Source: Promethearchaeota archaeon
Lineage (GTDB): Archaea > Asgardarchaeota > Lokiarchaeia > Sigyniarchaeales > SOKP01
Reading direction: 5' to 3'
DNA: 30,116 bases
NCBI GenBank assembly: GCA_048938025.1
Contig: JBHLMP010000047.1
Location: 1-30,116, forward strand
The position numbers and the translations under genes are program-made. Below, in pieces: positions 27,432 through 30,116 of the stretch; position 1 is the first letter of the stretch, and each line of letters opens with the position of its first letter. A model generated the notes under the pieces. The model was not told the origin of the DNA, made no database searches, and saw nothing but the letters and a program-made list of their open reading frames with translations.

Positions 27432-28407
27432 AATAAGATTTAAACATTGGAAGTTGATTTTTTACATTTTTTAATTTTTTTACTTCCTTATCTTTACCAA
27501 TGACGTTTTCGAGTGCTTCATCAATAATATTAATATCCCAATCAGCGTTCGGATTTTCATAAGTTTGATTTTCTAAATCTCCCATCCATGGATTCAATTT
27601 TGGTTCTGATATGAGATTTCTTAAATTCCAATTGTATCTTCCTTTAAACTCTTCAGTTAATGGCTTTAAATTCAATTCATTCCATCTTTGAATTACCCAA
27701 GGAGCATATTGATGTAATTTATCAAAATCTAACTCTAAATCATTACGCCACTCAAACTGATGATCCCAATTTGCTATTGCTATAAAATTGTCTTCCTTAG
27801 ATAAGTGAGAAGCAAAAAATTTCCAAGAATTTCTAACTATATTTTCGTCGCTAAAGGGTCTTCCTTCACCATATTGGAAGAAATAACCTATTTTTTCTTT
27901 ATTAATTTGGTTTATTTTTAGATATACTTCAATTTGGGCAATATCAATTTTACTCTTCAACACTTCCTCTTGGTAAAATTTAAAAATTACATTTTTAACT
28001 TCATTTGGGTGACATTTACCAGTAAAGATAGGATAATAAGTAAAACAATAATAATTAACATCATTTTGAGATTTGGCTCTATGGATCTCAACCCAGCACT
28101 CTAATGGTCTTATGTATACATTTGATTTTATATAGTTGATAATTAAAAATAAATCTATGATGATTCCTACAATAGATACTACAATTATTAACCCTAAATT
28201 GAAAATTAATTCAAAAATATATGATAGGGAAATGTAAATAAGCAGACCACCAGCTATGAAGAAGAAAGCTATTAGCGAGTTATATGCCTCATGCTCTTTA
28301 TCTTTTTTTGAATATAAGATGGTAGGTGCATTATTCACAATAAGTTCATAGCCAAATTCATTTATAAATTGATTAAGATCAACTTTATTCCATTCAGAAC
28401 TAGACAT
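27412..28407 (-). CDS. Hypothetical membrane protein (2 N-terminal TM helices, Trp-rich soluble domain)
   Basis: 331-aa ORF; 3' end overlaps the FGGY kinase by 20 nt. Confidence 0.65.
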   Translation of the reverse strand: MSSSEWNKVDLNQFINEFGYELIVNNAPTILYSKKDKEHEAYNSLIAFFFIAGGLLIYISLSYIFELIFNLGLIIVVSIVGIIIDLFLIINYIKSNVYIRPLECWVEIHRAKSQNDVNYYCFTYYPIFTGKCHPNEVKNVIFKFYQEEVLKSKIDIAQIEVYLKINQINKEKIGYFFQYGEGRPFSDENIVRNSWKFFASHLSKEDNFIAIANWDHQFEWRNDLELDFDKLHQYAPWVIQRWNELNLKPLTEEFKGRYNWNLRNLISEPKLNPWMGDLENQTYENPNADWDINIIDEALENVIGKDKEVKKLKNVKNQLPMFKSYFRDLNA

Positions 28408-28602
28408 TTTTTCTAAGGTTGTTTTGTATTTTCAAAATTTTTTTATATTACTATTAAAAAAAAAATTGTCTTTAAATTTAATTAAAAACTTGACTTTTCT
28501 TTTAGTTATATTAAATTAAGGTTTGTTTAATTAGAAATAATTAAATCTTTTCCCTTTGTAATTTTTAATTTAGATATTTCATTACTGTTATTGACACTAG
28601 TT

Positions 28603-30116
28603 ATGGTTGATTTCGAAGACTTCTTAAACTTTATCAAATCCCAAGATTATTATTGTGATCAGATATATCATATTGAGCATATTCCTGAATTAAAAGCACG
28701 TTATGATGATTTAGACAAACCTTTAAAAAAGAGACTTGAGAAGTGGTTAACTAATAATAACATTAGACTGTGGCGTCATCAAGCAGAAGCTATTAATGCC
28801 ATTCGCAATGGTCATAACACGGTAATTGTAACTTCTACTGCTTCAGGGAAATCTTTATGCTATAATCTCCCTGTTCTTGAAACAATTTTAAATGATGATA
28901 AGACCACTGCTTTGTACATATTCCCAACAAAAGCATTATCAAGAGATCAATATATGGTTTTAGCAAATATTCTTTCTGAAACTAATATTAAACAAAATAG
29001 AATCGGTGTTTACGATGGTGATGTGGAGCCAAATGAAAAAAGACGGATTTTAACTACCGCAAATATCATTATTACTAACCCATATGGATTGCATTTCTAT
29101 TTGCCATGGTTTAAACAAAAGTGGAGAAGAATTTGCCAAAACTTAAAATATATTGTACTAGATGAGATTCATCATTATCGAGGTATCTTTGGTTCCAATT
29201 TTGCCTTACTTCTTAGACGATTAAAAAGAATTCTTGAAATTTATAACGTAAAACCAATTTGGATTTTATCTAGTGCTACAATTCCTAATCCAAAAGAATT
29301 TTGTGAAAAATTGATTGGTGAAGAATTTTATGTTGTTGATAAAGATGATTCACCTTCTGGTGCTAAAAAAGTAATTTTATGGGATTTACCTTATGATGAT
29401 GTGTCAAATAAATATAGATCTGCTCATCAAGAAACAAAAAATTTGTTTATTAGTCATCTAAAAAAGGGATATCAAACTTTAACTTTTACACTTTCTCGCA
29501 AAATGGCGGAATTACAAGCCATTTGGACTCGACAAGCCTTGCCAACATTAAAAAATAAAATTCATAGCTATAGGGCTGGCATAAGTAAATCAAAAAGAAG
29601 AGAGATTGAGAATGATTTTAAACAAGGAAAAATATTGGGAATAAGCTCTACAAACGCCTTAGAATTAGGAATTGACATAGGTAGCTTAGATGCCACGATT
29701 AGTTCAGGATTTCCAGGGACTATTTCAAGTTTTAAACAACAAATTGGTCGTTCTGGAAGAGGTTCTGATCTATCAATTTCTACAATGATACCAATGCAAA
29801 ATCCACTTGATTTATTCTATATTCATAATCCTGATAAGTTATTTGGACCTTTACAAGAAAATGTTTTAATAACCCTAAATAATAAATATATTTTAAAAAA
29901 TCATCTATGTTGCGCTGCGAAAGAAATTCCAATTAAATTGGACAATTACAAAAAATTTGGGGTTCAAAATAAAGAATTCTTGATTGACTGCATTAATGAA
30001 TTAGTAGAAGAATCATTGTTAATGAAACGGGGTGAGAAATACTATTGGAAGGGGGATTTTTTCCCAAATGAAAAATATGGATTAAATGATCTCTCAAATA
30101 GAAGTTATAAAGTTAT
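28603..30116 (+). CDS. DEAD/DEAH-box SF2 helicase, MrfA/YprA/Hrq1-like (partial, runs off the window)
   Basis: ATG 28603 MVDFEDF; LWRHQAEA, TSTASGKSLCYNLP, PTKALSRDQ, DEIHHYRGIFGS, SSAT, YRAG, TNALELGIDIG, QQIGRSGR; not in the ORF track because there is no stop in the window. Confidence 0.9.
   Translation, partial: MVDFEDFLNFIKSQDYYCDQIYHIEHIPELKARYDDLDKPLKKRLEKWLTNNNIRLWRHQAEAINAIRNGHNTVIVTSTASGKSLCYNLPVLETILNDDKTTALYIFPTKALSRDQYMVLANILSETNIKQNRIGVYDGDVEPNEKRRILTTANIIITNPYGLHFYLPWFKQKWRRICQNLKYIVLDEIHHYRGIFGSNFALLLRRLKRILEIYNVKPIWILSSATIPNPKEFCEKLIGEEFYVVDKDDSPSGAKKVILWDLPYDDVSNKYRSAHQETKNLFISHLKKGYQTLTFTLSRKMAELQAIWTRQALPTLKNKIHSYRAGISKSKRREIENDFKQGKILGISSTNALELGIDIGSLDATISSGFPGTISSFKQQIGRSGRGSDLSISTMIPMQNPLDLFYIHNPDKLFGPLQENVLITLNNKYILKNHLCCAAKEIPIKLDNYKKFGVQNKEFLIDCINELVEESLLMKRGEKYYWKGDFFPNEKYGLNDLSNRSYKV

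Noticed and set aside
1-30116. tRNA/rRNA genes, transposases, integrases
   Set aside because: No GC-rich cloverleaf or rRNA-like segment and no recombinase motifs seen

Overview
AT-rich archaeal window. Its gene content points to an Asgard archaeon (Lokiarchaeia/Promethearchaeota); this is inferred from an Arf-like GTPase, an IPGY C-terminal sorting signal, a CdhD subunit and expanded PAS kinases. In order it carries: archaemetzincin; ADP-ribosylglycohydrolase; a tandem-duplicated PAS histidine kinase pair with one intact receiver gene (probable ATA start) and one decayed copy; dapA-dapB convergent with dapF-lysA around a structured intergenic element; an orphan cdhD; a ~6.6 kb signalling block; a tautomerase; a TusA/DsrE/LysR sulfur(selenium)-relay module; an ABC-2 exporter; a polyproline membrane protein; an FGGY kinase; and a truncated MrfA/Hrq1-like helicase. 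The best candidate for an undescribed system is 13654-19334. There a multi-TM kinase and an RHH-pseudoHisKA-receiver regulator sit beside an operon encoding an Arf-like GTPase-longin/roadblock fusion, a possible uDENN/longin protein and two paralogous 7TM proteins. A phased TGCAAAAA repeat array lies in the divergent promoter, and the block is bracketed by cdhD and a decayed duplicate of the cdhD 3' end. All calls come from motif reading by eye; no searches were run.
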